A stretch of 64,000 bases of DNA from Sedimentisphaerales bacterium. GTDB lineage: Bacteria; Planctomycetota; Phycisphaerae; Sedimentisphaerales; SM23-30. The notes beneath the pieces were generated by a model. That model was not told where the DNA came from. It worked only from the letters and a program-made list of their open reading frames with translations, and did not search any database. The translations under genes and the position numbers were made by a program. Positions 31,045 to 41,423 of this stretch are shown here, in pieces; positions within the stretch are counted from its first letter, which is position 1; each line of letters starts with the position of its first letter. The stretch lies in NCBI GenBank assembly GCA_963666285.1, contig OY762711.1; one strand, given 5' to 3'.

Positions 31045-31370
31045 ATGTAACTATCATTTCAAGCAAGAAAAGATTGGTATGTTGTCATTTGATTTAAATG
31101 TTGGTAACTCAATTTTGTAATTCAACGGAGTATATTGGTAATAATTCATTGGGTGAATATAATCTGGGTTAAAATAGGAAGTATAGTGGATATTAAAGGG
31201 TGCTTTTGCAGTTAAGAGAGCCGGTACCTTGAAAAAATACAAGTCCTTTGCTACAATATTATAGATTTATATGAGTGTGCCTGTATTGGTGAACAATATT
31301 AGATGCGGGTATTGGGTGATAAAGTAAATCTGACCATATACGGTTATAGATAATATCGAAGAAGAATATC

Positions 31371-33950
31371 ATGTATAAAAAAAGCTTATCAGTTGTTTTC
31401 CGGTTGTTTTTTTGTTTGATTGTTATTATTTCAAGCGGTTTGTTTGCATCGCCTGTTAATGAGGTTGATGCGGATCTGGCTATTCGTGGCTGGTTGCGAT
31501 ATAATGACAAGCCGATGACATATGCCATCAGTAAGGATGCCAGGGAATCGGTAGGTTATTCTGACGAATATGGCAGAATATTGTACTATATAGTCGAGCT
31601 AGAGCCTCAAGGTTTTGTGGTTTGCTCTGCTGATGATGAACTTGAGCCGGTTATCGCTTTTTCTGTGAATGGGAGCTATCGTGATCTGGAAGGCAATCCG
31701 TTCAGGGAGCTTTTGGTTCAGGATATGACCGAACGGCTGGATTCTATAAAGAGCAAAAAAGGTAAGGCTGCGGTAAAGTCAGCCCAGCAGGGAAAGTGGC
31801 AGACATTGTTAGATGCCGGGATGCAGACAAAGAGTGATATAGGCTTTTTGGGTGGAGTTTTGTCTGTGTCAGATGTTCGGGTAATGCCGCTGGTAGAGAG
31901 CCAGTGGAGCCAGGACGAGGCCGGCGGCGACTATTGCTATAACTATTATACACCGAACCATTATGTGTCCGGATGTGTTGCAACAGCGATGTCGCAGCTT
32001 ATGCGTTATCATACCTGGCCGATAAGCGGTATAGGTGTGCATTCCTGTTTGATTTCAGTCGATGGAGTTGACCAGTATTGGAACACGCGCGGCGGTGATG
32101 GTGCCGGAGGTGCATATAACTGGTCGGATATGCCGTATATCCCTGACTACAGTATGACAAGTGTTCAGTGTCAGGCCATAGGTGCTTTATGTTATGATGC
32201 CGGTCTATCGGTTGAAATGAGTTATACCTCTAATTATTCCAGTGCCAGCAGTAAAGATGCCAGTGATGCTTTAAGGGGTACCTTTGGTTACAGTAACAGT
32301 GTTTACGGCCAGGGCTTTTCCTCGTCCGGAGATGATGGTTTATGGGGCATGATTAATGCGAATCTAGATGCAAAGCTTCCGGTTATCCTAAGTATATCCG
32401 GTCCGGTTGGCGGTCATGCAGTAATCGCTGACGGTTATGGCTATTCCAGCGGGACGATGTACCATCATCTTAATATGGGCTGGGGTGGGACAGATGATAC
32501 CTGGTATGCGCTTCCTGTAATTGACAGCAGCTATTCTTTTAATGTTATTAATGGCTGTGTTTATAATGTTTATCCGGTCGGTACCGGCGAGATCATCAGC
32601 GGTCGTGTTACCAGTATGGCAGGAGCAGCCCTGGAAGGAGTTACTATTACAGCTTATATTGGAAGTACTGTCGTAGCCCAGGAAACAACTGACTCATATG
32701 GAATATATGCACTTCAGAATATTCCTGCTAATACGACCTGTAAAATATCAGCCTCAAAAAGCGAATATGCCTTTGTGGATCAAAATGCAGTAACAGGCCA
32801 ATCACAGGATTGGAGCTCGGTAAGCGGAAATAAATGGGGAGTAGATTTTAGTGCAGCTAATCCTATGCCTCCGTCAGCTATGAACCAGGAAGTTACGGTA
32901 CATTGCCAGTCAACTGAAATAATAACACTGGATTTCCTGGATGATAATCTGCCGGACCCGCCGGGTGCAGTAATGTGTGTAATAACTTCACTTCCGGTAC
33001 ATGGTTCATTAAATGTACCAGGAGCAGAGGAGATTGACAGTGTGCCTTATACTCTGCCTGGTAATGCAGTTGAATATGTGCCTTGTTATTATTATGGCGG
33101 CTCTGACAGCTTTACATTTAAGGCTAATGATGGAGGTATAGCCCCAACAGGTGGTGATTCTGATATTGCCACAATATCAATAGTGGTGGATAATACGTTA
33201 ACAAGTGAATTTGGCCTTGATGGTACTTTTAGCACTAATACAGCTATTGATACCAGGTATTATGCATCTCGCAGTCAGTGTTTGTATCTGGCTGAAGATA
33301 TTGGCGGTGAGAAGTACCTGACCGATCTGGCATTGAAGTTTACCGGTATACCTCCTCTGGAACTGAATGAGTGGACGATTCGGATGCAGCAAACAGATAA
33401 GAGTCAGTATACAGATGTAGCTAATGATTTTTTGACTGACGGCTGGACTCAGGTATACCAGGGTGACCTGGAAGTCAGTCAGAGCGGATGGGTGAACATG
33501 CATTTCGATACACCGTTTTATTTTGACGGCATAAATAATTTACTTATAGATTACAGTTTTGATAATTCGTCAGTAAGCAGCCAGACAGGCTGGTATTTCT
33601 GTAAGGAAATCGGCTGCGGATGCAACCGTGTTATCACCAAAAAAACGGACAGCTCAACGCATACAAGCCCATTGACATGGGATTTCTGGTATGGCGGCGG
33701 GGGCTGGTGGGGAGGCGACTGGCTACCTAGTCTTAAGCTGATCGGGCAGGTGCCGACTACGGTTATAACTGGTGATTTCAATTACAGCTGCTTAGTTAAT
33801 TTGCCTGATATGGCAATCTTTGCAGAAGCGTGGAATACACAGGAAGGGCAAAGCGATTATAATCCGGAATGTGATATTTCTGCCCCGAAAGATGATAAGG
33901 TTGACATTCTCGATCTACAGGTATTTGCAGAGAGTTGGCTTAGCGAATAG
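31371..33950 (+). CDS. Secreted C10 (streptopain-like) cysteine peptidase with prodomain, Ig-like domains and dockerin-like C-terminus
   Basis: WSQ, SGCVATAMSQL (Cys), GGHAVIADGY (His), HLNMGWGG; GSDSFTFKANDG; GDFNYSCLVNLPDM...VDILDLQVFAESWL. Confidence 0.9.
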   Translation: MYKKSLSVVFRLFFCLIVIISSGLFASPVNEVDADLAIRGWLRYNDKPMTYAISKDARESVGYSDEYGRILYYIVELEPQGFVVCSADDELEPVIAFSVNGSYRDLEGNPFRELLVQDMTERLDSIKSKKGKAAVKSAQQGKWQTLLDAGMQTKSDIGFLGGVLSVSDVRVMPLVESQWSQDEAGGDYCYNYYTPNHYVSGCVATAMSQLMRYHTWPISGIGVHSCLISVDGVDQYWNTRGGDGAGGAYNWSDMPYIPDYSMTSVQCQAIGALCYDAGLSVEMSYTSNYSSASSKDASDALRGTFGYSNSVYGQGFSSSGDDGLWGMINANLDAKLPVILSISGPVGGHAVIADGYGYSSGTMYHHLNMGWGGTDDTWYALPVIDSSYSFNVINGCVYNVYPVGTGEIISGRVTSMAGAALEGVTITAYIGSTVVAQETTDSYGIYALQNIPANTTCKISASKSEYAFVDQNAVTGQSQDWSSVSGNKWGVDFSAANPMPPSAMNQEVTVHCQSTEIITLDFLDDNLPDPPGAVMCVITSLPVHGSLNVPGAEEIDSVPYTLPGNAVEYVPCYYYGGSDSFTFKANDGGIAPTGGDSDIATISIVVDNTLTSEFGLDGTFSTNTAIDTRYYASRSQCLYLAEDIGGEKYLTDLALKFTGIPPLELNEWTIRMQQTDKSQYTDVANDFLTDGWTQVYQGDLEVSQSGWVNMHFDTPFYFDGINNLLIDYSFDNSSVSSQTGWYFCKEIGCGCNRVITKKTDSSTHTSPLTWDFWYGGGGWWGGDWLPSLKLIGQVPTTVITGDFNYSCLVNLPDMAIFAEAWNTQEGQSDYNPECDISAPKDDKVDILDLQVFAESWLSE

Positions 33951-34173
33951 ACTTTTGAATTATACATGTAATATATGAAAAAGAAAAAGAAAATAATACT
34001 AACTATCTTATGTTTTCTGCTTTTTATGCAACTTTTACCAAGTTGTTTAATGTTTGGTTTTCATGATAAATATGTTTATCTAAATTCGGAGAGTGTATAA
34101 TCTGGTAAGTTTATTCTTATCTCTTATGCCTCTCAAGCTGACCATCGGTCTGTTTGAATTTCTTATTAAACCC

Positions 34174-34210
34174 AAAGAAAAATGCCCGCCTTCTCAGACG
34201 AGCATTCTTC
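34174..34210 (-). terminator. Intrinsic terminator after kduD
   Basis: Minus strand AATGCTCGTC-tgagaa-GGCGGGCATT-TTTCTTT. Confidence 0.7.
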
Positions 34211-34252
34211 ATGGGCTCCTATTCTTATTCTTCTGCTTGCATTGTATTGTTC

Positions 34253-35014
34253 TTATCTGCTCAGCCATCCGCCGTCAACGGCAATTGTATAACCCTGCAC
34301 ATAGCTGGCGGCATCTGATGCCAGAAATACCGCGGTTCCCTGCAGGTCTTCCGGCGTTCCCCAGCGTCCCGCCGGGATCCTGTCGAGAATAGCCTTGTTA
34401 CGGGCCGGATCTTCACGCAGGGCCTTGGTATTATCTGTCGCCATATAGCCCGGTGCTATCGCGTTTACATTAATGCCGTATGCTCCCAGCTCGTTCGCCA
34501 GCAGCTTTGTCAGGCCCATAACCGCGCTCTTGGACGCCGTATAAGACGGCACAAGTATCCCGCCCTGGAAACTCAGCATAGACGCGGTATTAACGATCTT
34601 ACCGCCGCGGCCCTGTGCGATCATCTCCTTGCCAACTGCCTGGCTCAGGAAAAACAGCGTGCGGATATTGATATTCATCACATCGTCCCAATCCTTTTCG
34701 GTAAACTCGGTGATCGGTGCCCGGCGAATGATACCGGCATTATTGAACAGGATATCGATCCCGCCCAAACCGGCCTTGGTCTCGCTAACGATTGTATCGA
34801 CGCATTCCTTTTTGCTCAGGTCTGCGGTTATAGTCACACATTTCCTGCCGAGCGACTCGACCTTTGCCTTGGTCTCGCTCATATCGATAACGTCAACCAG
34901 TGCCACATCGGCTCCGGCCTCTGCCATGGCAATTGCGATACCCTGGCCTAGCCCGCGACCGCTGCCGGTCACAATCGCAACCTTTCCGTCAAGTTTGAAT
35001 TGGTCTAATATCAT
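34253..35014 (-). CDS. kduD: 2-dehydro-3-deoxy-D-gluconate 5-dehydrogenase
   Basis: SDR: TGSGRGLG, NNAGIIRR, ASMLSFQGG, YTASK, RIPAGRWG; next to kduI. Confidence 0.95.
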   Translation of the reverse strand: MILDQFKLDGKVAIVTGSGRGLGQGIAIAMAEAGADVALVDVIDMSETKAKVESLGRKCVTITADLSKKECVDTIVSETKAGLGGIDILFNNAGIIRRAPITEFTEKDWDDVMNINIRTLFFLSQAVGKEMIAQGRGGKIVNTASMLSFQGGILVPSYTASKSAVMGLTKLLANELGAYGINVNAIAPGYMATDNTKALREDPARNKAILDRIPAGRWGTPEDLQGTAVFLASDAASYVQGYTIAVDGGWLSR

Positions 35015-35202
35015 TATTTTAACTCCTTGTATATATTCTGATTATTTTCAGCTTTTAGCGATTATCTGTAGTGCTTAACTTTGCGTCAGCTTTAAAACAA
35101 GTCGTGAGGTAAAGCCAAACACTTTAACTCTTTACCCGCGTTAGCGACATGCGAAGCATACTTCTCTTCACTTTATTTAATTTATGCTGTCATCGGCATA
35201 AA

Positions 35203-36033
35203 TTATTTTATGTCGCTTATCTGCAGATGGTCCATATCGTCAAATGCCTGGTTTTCTCCGCCCATGCCCCAGCAGAAGGTATAAGATGCTGTACCTACTC
35301 CGCTATGAATCGACCAGCTTGGCGACAAAATCGCCTGACAGTTGGCAACAGCGATATGGCGGGTTTCGTGTGGCTGGCCCATAAAATGAAATACTCTTGC
35401 ATCTTCTGGCATATTGAAATAGATATATACTTCCATACGGCGTTCATGAGTATGCGGCGGCATGGTATTCCATACGCAGCCTGGCTCAAGAACCGTAAAG
35501 CCCATTACCAGCTGACAGCTTTTAACCCCGTCTGGATGGATGAATTTGTAGATTGTACGTTTATTTGACTGTTCGATGGAACCGAGTTGTACCGGTGATG
35601 CATCTGAAACTGGGATATGTGTCGTTGGAAATTCCTTATGAGCCGGGTAGCTCAGCAGGTAAAACTTCGCCGGGAAATCCGAGTCGTCGGTTGCAAAACT
35701 GATATCCTTACTCCCACGCCCGACATACAGGCAGTCAGTAGGGGCCATCTTATATTCGGTCCCGTCAATAGTAACTGTACCGGCACCGCCGATATTCAAT
35801 ATACCCAGCTCACGACGCTGACAGAAATAGTCTGCTCGCAATTCGTCCGCCGCAGACATTGTCAGCGGTTTAGTGCCGGGCATCGCGCCGCCGCAGATCG
35901 CCCGATCTACATCACAATATACCATTGATATCTCGCCCGGCAGAAACAAATTCTCGATCAGGAAACTTCCTCGAGTTTCTGCGGTTGTCATTCTTTGAAA
36001 CCTGATCGGGTCAGGACTATATCTAACTTGCAT
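35203..36033 (-). CDS. kduI: 4-deoxy-L-threo-5-hexosulose-uronate ketol-isomerase
   Basis: RRELGILNIGG, WNTMPPHTHERRMEVY, SPSWSIHSGVG, GMGGENQ. Confidence 0.97.
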   Translation of the reverse strand: MQVRYSPDPIRFQRMTTAETRGSFLIENLFLPGEISMVYCDVDRAICGGAMPGTKPLTMSAADELRADYFCQRRELGILNIGGAGTVTIDGTEYKMAPTDCLYVGRGSKDISFATDDSDFPAKFYLLSYPAHKEFPTTHIPVSDASPVQLGSIEQSNKRTIYKFIHPDGVKSCQLVMGFTVLEPGCVWNTMPPHTHERRMEVYIYFNMPEDARVFHFMGQPHETRHIAVANCQAILSPSWSIHSGVGTASYTFCWGMGGENQAFDDMDHLQISDIK

Positions 36034-36068
36034 TTAATACTCCTTGTTTTTTCTTAAAACAATTCTTT

Positions 36069-37250
36069 CTATTTATTTAATGTTAATTCCAGTTCGACTG
36101 GGTTATCCAGTTTTAATTTTGTCTGTTTCAGGTAGCTGCACCAGCTTTTATGGCTCTTTACTTCCTCGCCCGGGAAGATATCCCAGCTGCCGCCGGCATA
36201 ATATGCCAGTTTCTCGCCGGATTTTACTGTCGTTGTCAGCATGGCATGCATCTCTGCCTTTTCGCCGGTAACTTTCTTTTCGGACGGTACTATCATACCG
36301 CAGCGAATAGTTACTCCGTTTTCCGCCTTTGGCTCGCTGTATGCCACCCAGCCTTCTTCCGGTTTGCTGGTAATCTCTTCCGCTCCGCCGCGGGTGATTA
36401 TTCCAACTGCTACCGGCATAGTGTCTGCTGCTGATGTGTATGTTGTTTCCACCTTGCTCAGGTAGCTGTCCAGGTCAATTGTGATGCGCTGGGTTTCCTT
36501 TACCTTGATACCACCGGCATTCCACTGGTTGTAATACACTTCAAAAACCGAGCGAAATGGTCCGTTTGTGATTATTCGCCAATCAAAGAAATTATGGTCC
36601 GGCATCTGCAGCTTTCCGTCTTTATATATCGCTGAGCCGCCGCAGCCCAGTGTCGGGCCGACCTTATATGCATCGCAGCCTACCCCGCGTGATTCATGAT
36701 AGCTCAACCCTTTTTTCAGTCTCTCTTCCAGCTTCTTCTCGACTATCGGGTATTTGACCTCTTTACACCACAGGTCGATTCCGCAGCTGACTGTCTCCCA
36801 TTCCAGCTCTTTGCCGTAGATTCGGGCTGCCATCTTATCATTTTCCCAGGCCAGGTCGCCGTCACGCGACAGATACTGCTTGGCAAATGTTGTTATTTCC
36901 TTATCTTTTAGTACTACTTTATCTGCGGTTGCGTTGACCATATATGTCTTGCTCTGGTTCGGTGCAAAGTCAGTCTGGAATACCAGCATAACCTTACCGT
37001 CAATATCATATACTTGCGGAATAATTGTTTCGTGGTTATCCATACTGTACAACGCCACATTTTCCTTTGATATCCCCTTGATCTTGATAAAGTCTGCCAG
37101 GCTGAGCTCGATTGTTTCGTTCTGTCTCGCTATGTTCAGCGGGTTCTTGGCAACAATCTTTGCTGACTTGTATGTTTCGCCAAATGATACAGAAGCTAAT
37201 GCAAAGCAAACTATAATAACTGTAATAATGTCTTTTGATAATGACTTCAT
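36069..37250 (-). CDS. Secreted DUF4861-like protein (pectin/glycosaminoglycan loci)
   Basis: RDGDLAWENDKMAARIYG, GIDLWCK, YHESRGVGCDAYKVGPTLGCG, YYAGGSW. Confidence 0.8.
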   Translation of the reverse strand: MKSLSKDIITVIIVCFALASVSFGETYKSAKIVAKNPLNIARQNETIELSLADFIKIKGISKENVALYSMDNHETIIPQVYDIDGKVMLVFQTDFAPNQSKTYMVNATADKVVLKDKEITTFAKQYLSRDGDLAWENDKMAARIYGKELEWETVSCGIDLWCKEVKYPIVEKKLEERLKKGLSYHESRGVGCDAYKVGPTLGCGGSAIYKDGKLQMPDHNFFDWRIITNGPFRSVFEVYYNQWNAGGIKVKETQRITIDLDSYLSKVETTYTSAADTMPVAVGIITRGGAEEITSKPEEGWVAYSEPKAENGVTIRCGMIVPSEKKVTGEKAEMHAMLTTTVKSGEKLAYYAGGSWDIFPGEEVKSHKSWCSYLKQTKLKLDNPVELELTLNK

Positions 37251-37290
37251 AATGTATCCTTTCTCAATTGATTACTTTCGAACTTTTTAG

Positions 37291-37363
37291 TTTTATTTTC
37301 CTTCTCTCTTCTTCCTTTTTGTTTTTTCCCTTCTTACTTCTCTCTTCTCCCTTCTCTCTCTTC
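37291..37363 (+). repeat. Pyrimidine-rich low-complexity tract of degenerate heptamers
   Basis: ttttccttctctcttcttcc...ttcttacttctctcttctcccttctctctcttct. Confidence 0.75.
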
Positions 37364-38118
37364 TATTCTTTATGACCGATCTTCTCTGACAGGCTTTGTG
37401 CCGCGTTCTTTACAGAATTTATCAGTTTTTCGTCTTCCAGGTCAATCTGTTCTGTCGGAGCTGTTACACCGACCGCGGCAACGACAATACCGTCCAGGTT
37501 AAATACCGGGGCACTCATACACTGGACTCCCATATGGTATTCCTGGTTGTCTACCGAATATCCTCTCGATTTGATCAGCTCGGTTTCAGCGGCCATTTTT
37601 TCGACCGTCGTTATAGTATTAGGTGTCAGTTCCGGCAGTTCTAACTCCGCCATTTTTTCTGCCAGGTCGTCTGCATGCAGATAAGCCAGAAATATCTTGC
37701 CGTGTGCCGATGAATGCATATATGTCTGGGTGCCAGGCCTCGAAGCTACCCTGATCGGACCCGGACTGTCACAAACCTCCAGGATGAGTGAATGTTTGTT
37801 GCTTGGTATTACCAGGTGCGAGGTCAGATGGGTTTCAATTGTCAGCTGCTGCATTATTGGTATGGCCATTTCTCGCAGCTTATAGTCCCTTAATGCCGCC
37901 AGCCCGATCTCATATAGACTCGGCCCGGCAAAGAAATGATTCTCCCTTTTCAACGCCATCTCTGAGTTGCACAGTGTCTTCAGTATCCTGAAAGTGGTTG
38001 TTTTGGGCGTGTCTGTTGCAACCTCGATCTCCCGGGCGGTCATACCATTCTGGTTCCTGGCAAGGAGTTTCAGGATTTCGCAGGTCTTACTTAGGTTTGG
38101 AATGATGTACTGGTTCAT
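37363..38118 (-). CDS. IclR-family (KdgR-like) transcriptional regulator
   Basis: HTH TPKTTTFRILKTL; SSAHGKIFLA, TPNTIT, RGYSVDNQE. Confidence 0.93.
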   Translation of the reverse strand: MNQYIIPNLSKTCEILKLLARNQNGMTAREIEVATDTPKTTTFRILKTLCNSEMALKRENHFFAGPSLYEIGLAALRDYKLREMAIPIMQQLTIETHLTSHLVIPSNKHSLILEVCDSPGPIRVASRPGTQTYMHSSAHGKIFLAYLHADDLAEKMAELELPELTPNTITTVEKMAAETELIKSRGYSVDNQEYHMGVQCMSAPVFNLDGIVVAAVGVTAPTEQIDLEDEKLINSVKNAAQSLSEKIGHKE

Positions 38119-38161
38119 ATGTTATCCTCTTATTCACGGTATATTAGTTAACCAGTTAAAA

Positions 38162-38202
38162 GAAACATGGTTCTTATATGAAACACGAGTTTCTCTTATG
38201 AA
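38162..38202. promoter_or_regulatory. Candidate IclR/KdgR operator
   Basis: Overlapping imperfect palindromes GTTCttatatGAAAC and GAAACacgaGTTTC directly upstream of the IclR gene. Confidence 0.4.
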
Positions 38203-38630
38203 TTTTAACACATGATACCGGTTATTTTCAAGCAAAAAATACACGTTTACAAATTTAATCTGTATCTCGCCTTGGAAGTTTTAACACCATCATCTAAGTA
38301 ATATAACTTTTGATTGGAACTTCTGGATTTATTTATGCTGGCTTGGCATGCAGATTGATAGAATAATTTTTTATAAATTATGAAGTTAAAAAAGATTATG
38401 GGTGTTTTTTACTCGGTTTACACTTGATTTTATACCCATTTATGTTAACGTCATATTCATTGCTAAAATTTAGCAGGAGTGTTTTTTTCTTAATTTATGT
38501 TTGTGAATGATTAATTCAAAATGTTGAGGTAATACCCAATATTGGGTTATAAATAAAAGAGTGGAATTCTAAGGTTCGGGATATTGAAATATTCCGGGAT
38601 TATATTCTTTTACCATTATGAAGGAGACTT

Positions 38631-41345
38631 ATGATGAGGTATTTTTTTGTTGGATGTGGTTTGATGTTATGTGTGTTTCTCTCTCAAAAACTATCTGCTC
38701 AGGTTGTTGAGCCTGTTATATCACCAACAACAACTTCATGTTATTACGGTGAAACTTCAAGCTCTGCAAATGACTGCTGGGTTGAAGTTATCAGCAGACG
38801 TAGTACGGATACTTATACCAATCTGTATTTGTATGTTGATATCGATGGGTGCCTTATATCTGAATATGAGGTTTATGAAATACCTCAGTTTTCAACACCG
38901 GTACCCGTGCAAATGAATGTAAACGATATTATGGTTGTATGGGATGAAGACGCTACTCATGGCGAAATACCACCTGACGGTGATTTTAGTTTTACCGGGA
39001 TAATAGTCAAAGACCCAAACTGTCCGTATATCAGGGTTCGCACAAATGACCAGGATGACATATTAAACTGGTCTGTTCATAGAGTTGTTGAGGCCGGCAC
39101 ATTAACTGTTAACGATACAGGCCTTAATGAGCATGATGTTATATTATTTCCGAATGGTATGAGTCGAATACTATTATATAAAGATGATGATGTTGCTGAT
39201 GGCGAATGTGTCTCTCCCGATACCCAGGAGAACAAAGAATTTACTTATACTATCTGTTACAAGAATGAATCATATCACAACTTGACAAATGTTAAGATCG
39301 TTGATTATTTGCCCAAAAATGTTTACTATCCGAAGGGGTGGGAATGGATAGATAGCAACTTGAACGTGATACCGCCTGACCCGAATTATGACCCCAATTT
39401 TCATACTTATACCTGGGAAATCGGCACGCTTGCACCGGATACCGACCCCAATACTCCTTTGACATGCGTTTCACTGGATGTAGAAGTAAGCGAATATGCC
39501 GAACCGGGCGAGATTTTGCACAATGTGGCTGAGTTAATAGGTACATATTCTATTGAAGATATCAATGGTAATATAGTTACCTTTGAAACAGTTCTGGCGA
39601 TTGCAACAGAAGATACTCCTGTCTGCTGCTATGGCGATCCTAATATAATTTTCGTAGATATTAACGCAGACGGATATGATACCGGTTCAAGCTGGGATAA
39701 TGCTTATAATACCGAATCCGGCCTGCAAAAGGCATTACAACGGGCCTGGAAATCTCCTTGCAGCGAAGCGTTTACGATTTATGTGGCTAAAGGTACCTAT
39801 CTGCCGGGCATTTCAGAAGATGACAGCTTCGTATTACCCGATGGAACCGAGATTTACGGCGGTTTCCCGACCGGAGGATGTGATTTTGCCAATAGGAACG
39901 CAAAGAAATATAAGACAATATTAAGCGGTTTACTATCTGACAGGTATATTGATACTGTTGTCACTATGGGTTATGAATCATTGCTGGATGGTGTAACGAT
40001 TACTGATGGCTGGGACTATAATATCTACAGTCCGGGTTTGGATTTTACAATAAATAATTGTATTGTCAGTAATAGTATTAACTATGGTATCTATGTTTCA
40101 GATGCAAATGCTGCTATCAAATCATGTATGGTTAAAAATAATGGTGCAAGTGGTATCTTCCATGAAAGTATTTTAAGCAATCTTAATGTCTCTAACTCTT
40201 GGGTTATGAGGAATAATAATCATGGAATTAGAACTGAAGGTACTACTCCTACTATTAAAAATTGTATTATATCTGAAAGTGACCTCTCAGAAGAAGGTAA
40301 TAATGGTATTAGTATCTTGAATCCGGCCTACAGTCCTGTGCTGCATAACAACACAATCTCAAATAATAAATCCGCCGGATTATTTTTTACAGATGATATT
40401 AGCTGTGATCCTAACAGTACACCACTAGATTATCCGGACATTCAGAACTGCATAATTTACTATAACAACAGTAACGGTCCGCAGCTGAGCGGCATAGATG
40501 CAGACATGGCATATTACAGCTGCATACAGGACTGTAATGATGTCAACAACAATCATAATATCAGTTCTGCACCTATGTTTGCCTATCCTGCTGACCCGGC
40601 CGGTACACCTGACCCGAATAACTACCATTTAGCATATAACTCTATCTGTAAAGATATTGGCAATCCAAACCTGGTTTATACCGATCAGGTTGACTATGAT
40701 AATGAGGTGCGGGTTGCCGGTGCATATGTTGATTTGGGTGCCGATGAAGTGTATTCCTGTGATGGAAATTATACCGAGGAAGAATTTGCCAACGAAAACG
40801 ACTGGAACGCGGACGGCATAGTAAACCTGGAAGAGTTCAGATTCTTTGCCGATTCATGGCTTACTCTTGACCCCGGTGATCCCGGATGGGCTGACCCGAA
40901 CTATGGCGACCCCAATGATACCTTTGATTGGAATCCGGCATGTAACCTGGATGATACCGGCACCAGCCAGTACAGTATAGATATGGCGGATTTGACAGTA
41001 TTTGTATTTGATGTGCCCTGGCTCTGGCAGGCATGCTGGTATGAAAATTACAATGCAAGTATCAGCGGAGAGGTAACTATGATGGCAGCTTCGGTTACTC
41101 CGCTGGAATCTGTAGCAAGTGTGGCGGCATTAAGCCTGGATACGGATGCAGAAGCAACGGTCAATCCTTATGATAGAATGAGTAATTCTGAACTGGCACA
41201 GATAGTCAGCGATATTTATTATCTTCAGGATTGCGTAGCAGAAAAGATTCTACAGACCCATAAAGGTAAAGATAAGAAAGATTTACAGGATATTCTGGAC
41301 TTTTTCGATGAAGAATTGGCCAAAATAGCCGAATCTTTACAATAA
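38631..41345 (+). CDS. Large secreted protein: DUF11-like domain, right-handed beta-helix, dockerin-like repeat
   Basis: Signal peptide; FTYTICYKN..NVKIVDYLP (DUF11-like); GSSWDNAY, IYVAKGTY, IYGGF; N-rich beta-helix repeats; VDLGADE; DWNADGIVNLEEF. Confidence 0.82.
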   Translation: MMRYFFVGCGLMLCVFLSQKLSAQVVEPVISPTTTSCYYGETSSSANDCWVEVISRRSTDTYTNLYLYVDIDGCLISEYEVYEIPQFSTPVPVQMNVNDIMVVWDEDATHGEIPPDGDFSFTGIIVKDPNCPYIRVRTNDQDDILNWSVHRVVEAGTLTVNDTGLNEHDVILFPNGMSRILLYKDDDVADGECVSPDTQENKEFTYTICYKNESYHNLTNVKIVDYLPKNVYYPKGWEWIDSNLNVIPPDPNYDPNFHTYTWEIGTLAPDTDPNTPLTCVSLDVEVSEYAEPGEILHNVAELIGTYSIEDINGNIVTFETVLAIATEDTPVCCYGDPNIIFVDINADGYDTGSSWDNAYNTESGLQKALQRAWKSPCSEAFTIYVAKGTYLPGISEDDSFVLPDGTEIYGGFPTGGCDFANRNAKKYKTILSGLLSDRYIDTVVTMGYESLLDGVTITDGWDYNIYSPGLDFTINNCIVSNSINYGIYVSDANAAIKSCMVKNNGASGIFHESILSNLNVSNSWVMRNNNHGIRTEGTTPTIKNCIISESDLSEEGNNGISILNPAYSPVLHNNTISNNKSAGLFFTDDISCDPNSTPLDYPDIQNCIIYYNNSNGPQLSGIDADMAYYSCIQDCNDVNNNHNISSAPMFAYPADPAGTPDPNNYHLAYNSICKDIGNPNLVYTDQVDYDNEVRVAGAYVDLGADEVYSCDGNYTEEEFANENDWNADGIVNLEEFRFFADSWLTLDPGDPGWADPNYGDPNDTFDWNPACNLDDTGTSQYSIDMADLTVFVFDVPWLWQACWYENYNASISGEVTMMAASVTPLESVASVAALSLDTDAEATVNPYDRMSNSELAQIVSDIYYLQDCVAEKILQTHKGKDKKDLQDILDFFDEELAKIAESLQ

Positions 41346-41348
41346 ATA

Positions 41349-41397
41349 TTGAACCTGCCTGCCGTTATTTGGTATAATAGCGGCAGGTAAGGTTTTT
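41349..41397 (+). promoter_or_regulatory. Terminator-like hairpin overlapping a probable promoter for the PEP-CTERM array
   Basis: Stem CCTGCCGTTAT/ATAGCGGCAGG followed by GGTTTTT; TTGAAC-N18-TATAAT with extended -10 TGgTATAAT at 41370-41378. Confidence 0.55.
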
Positions 41398-41423
41398 ATT
41401 CAGTTGAGTTTACAGGAGAAAAA

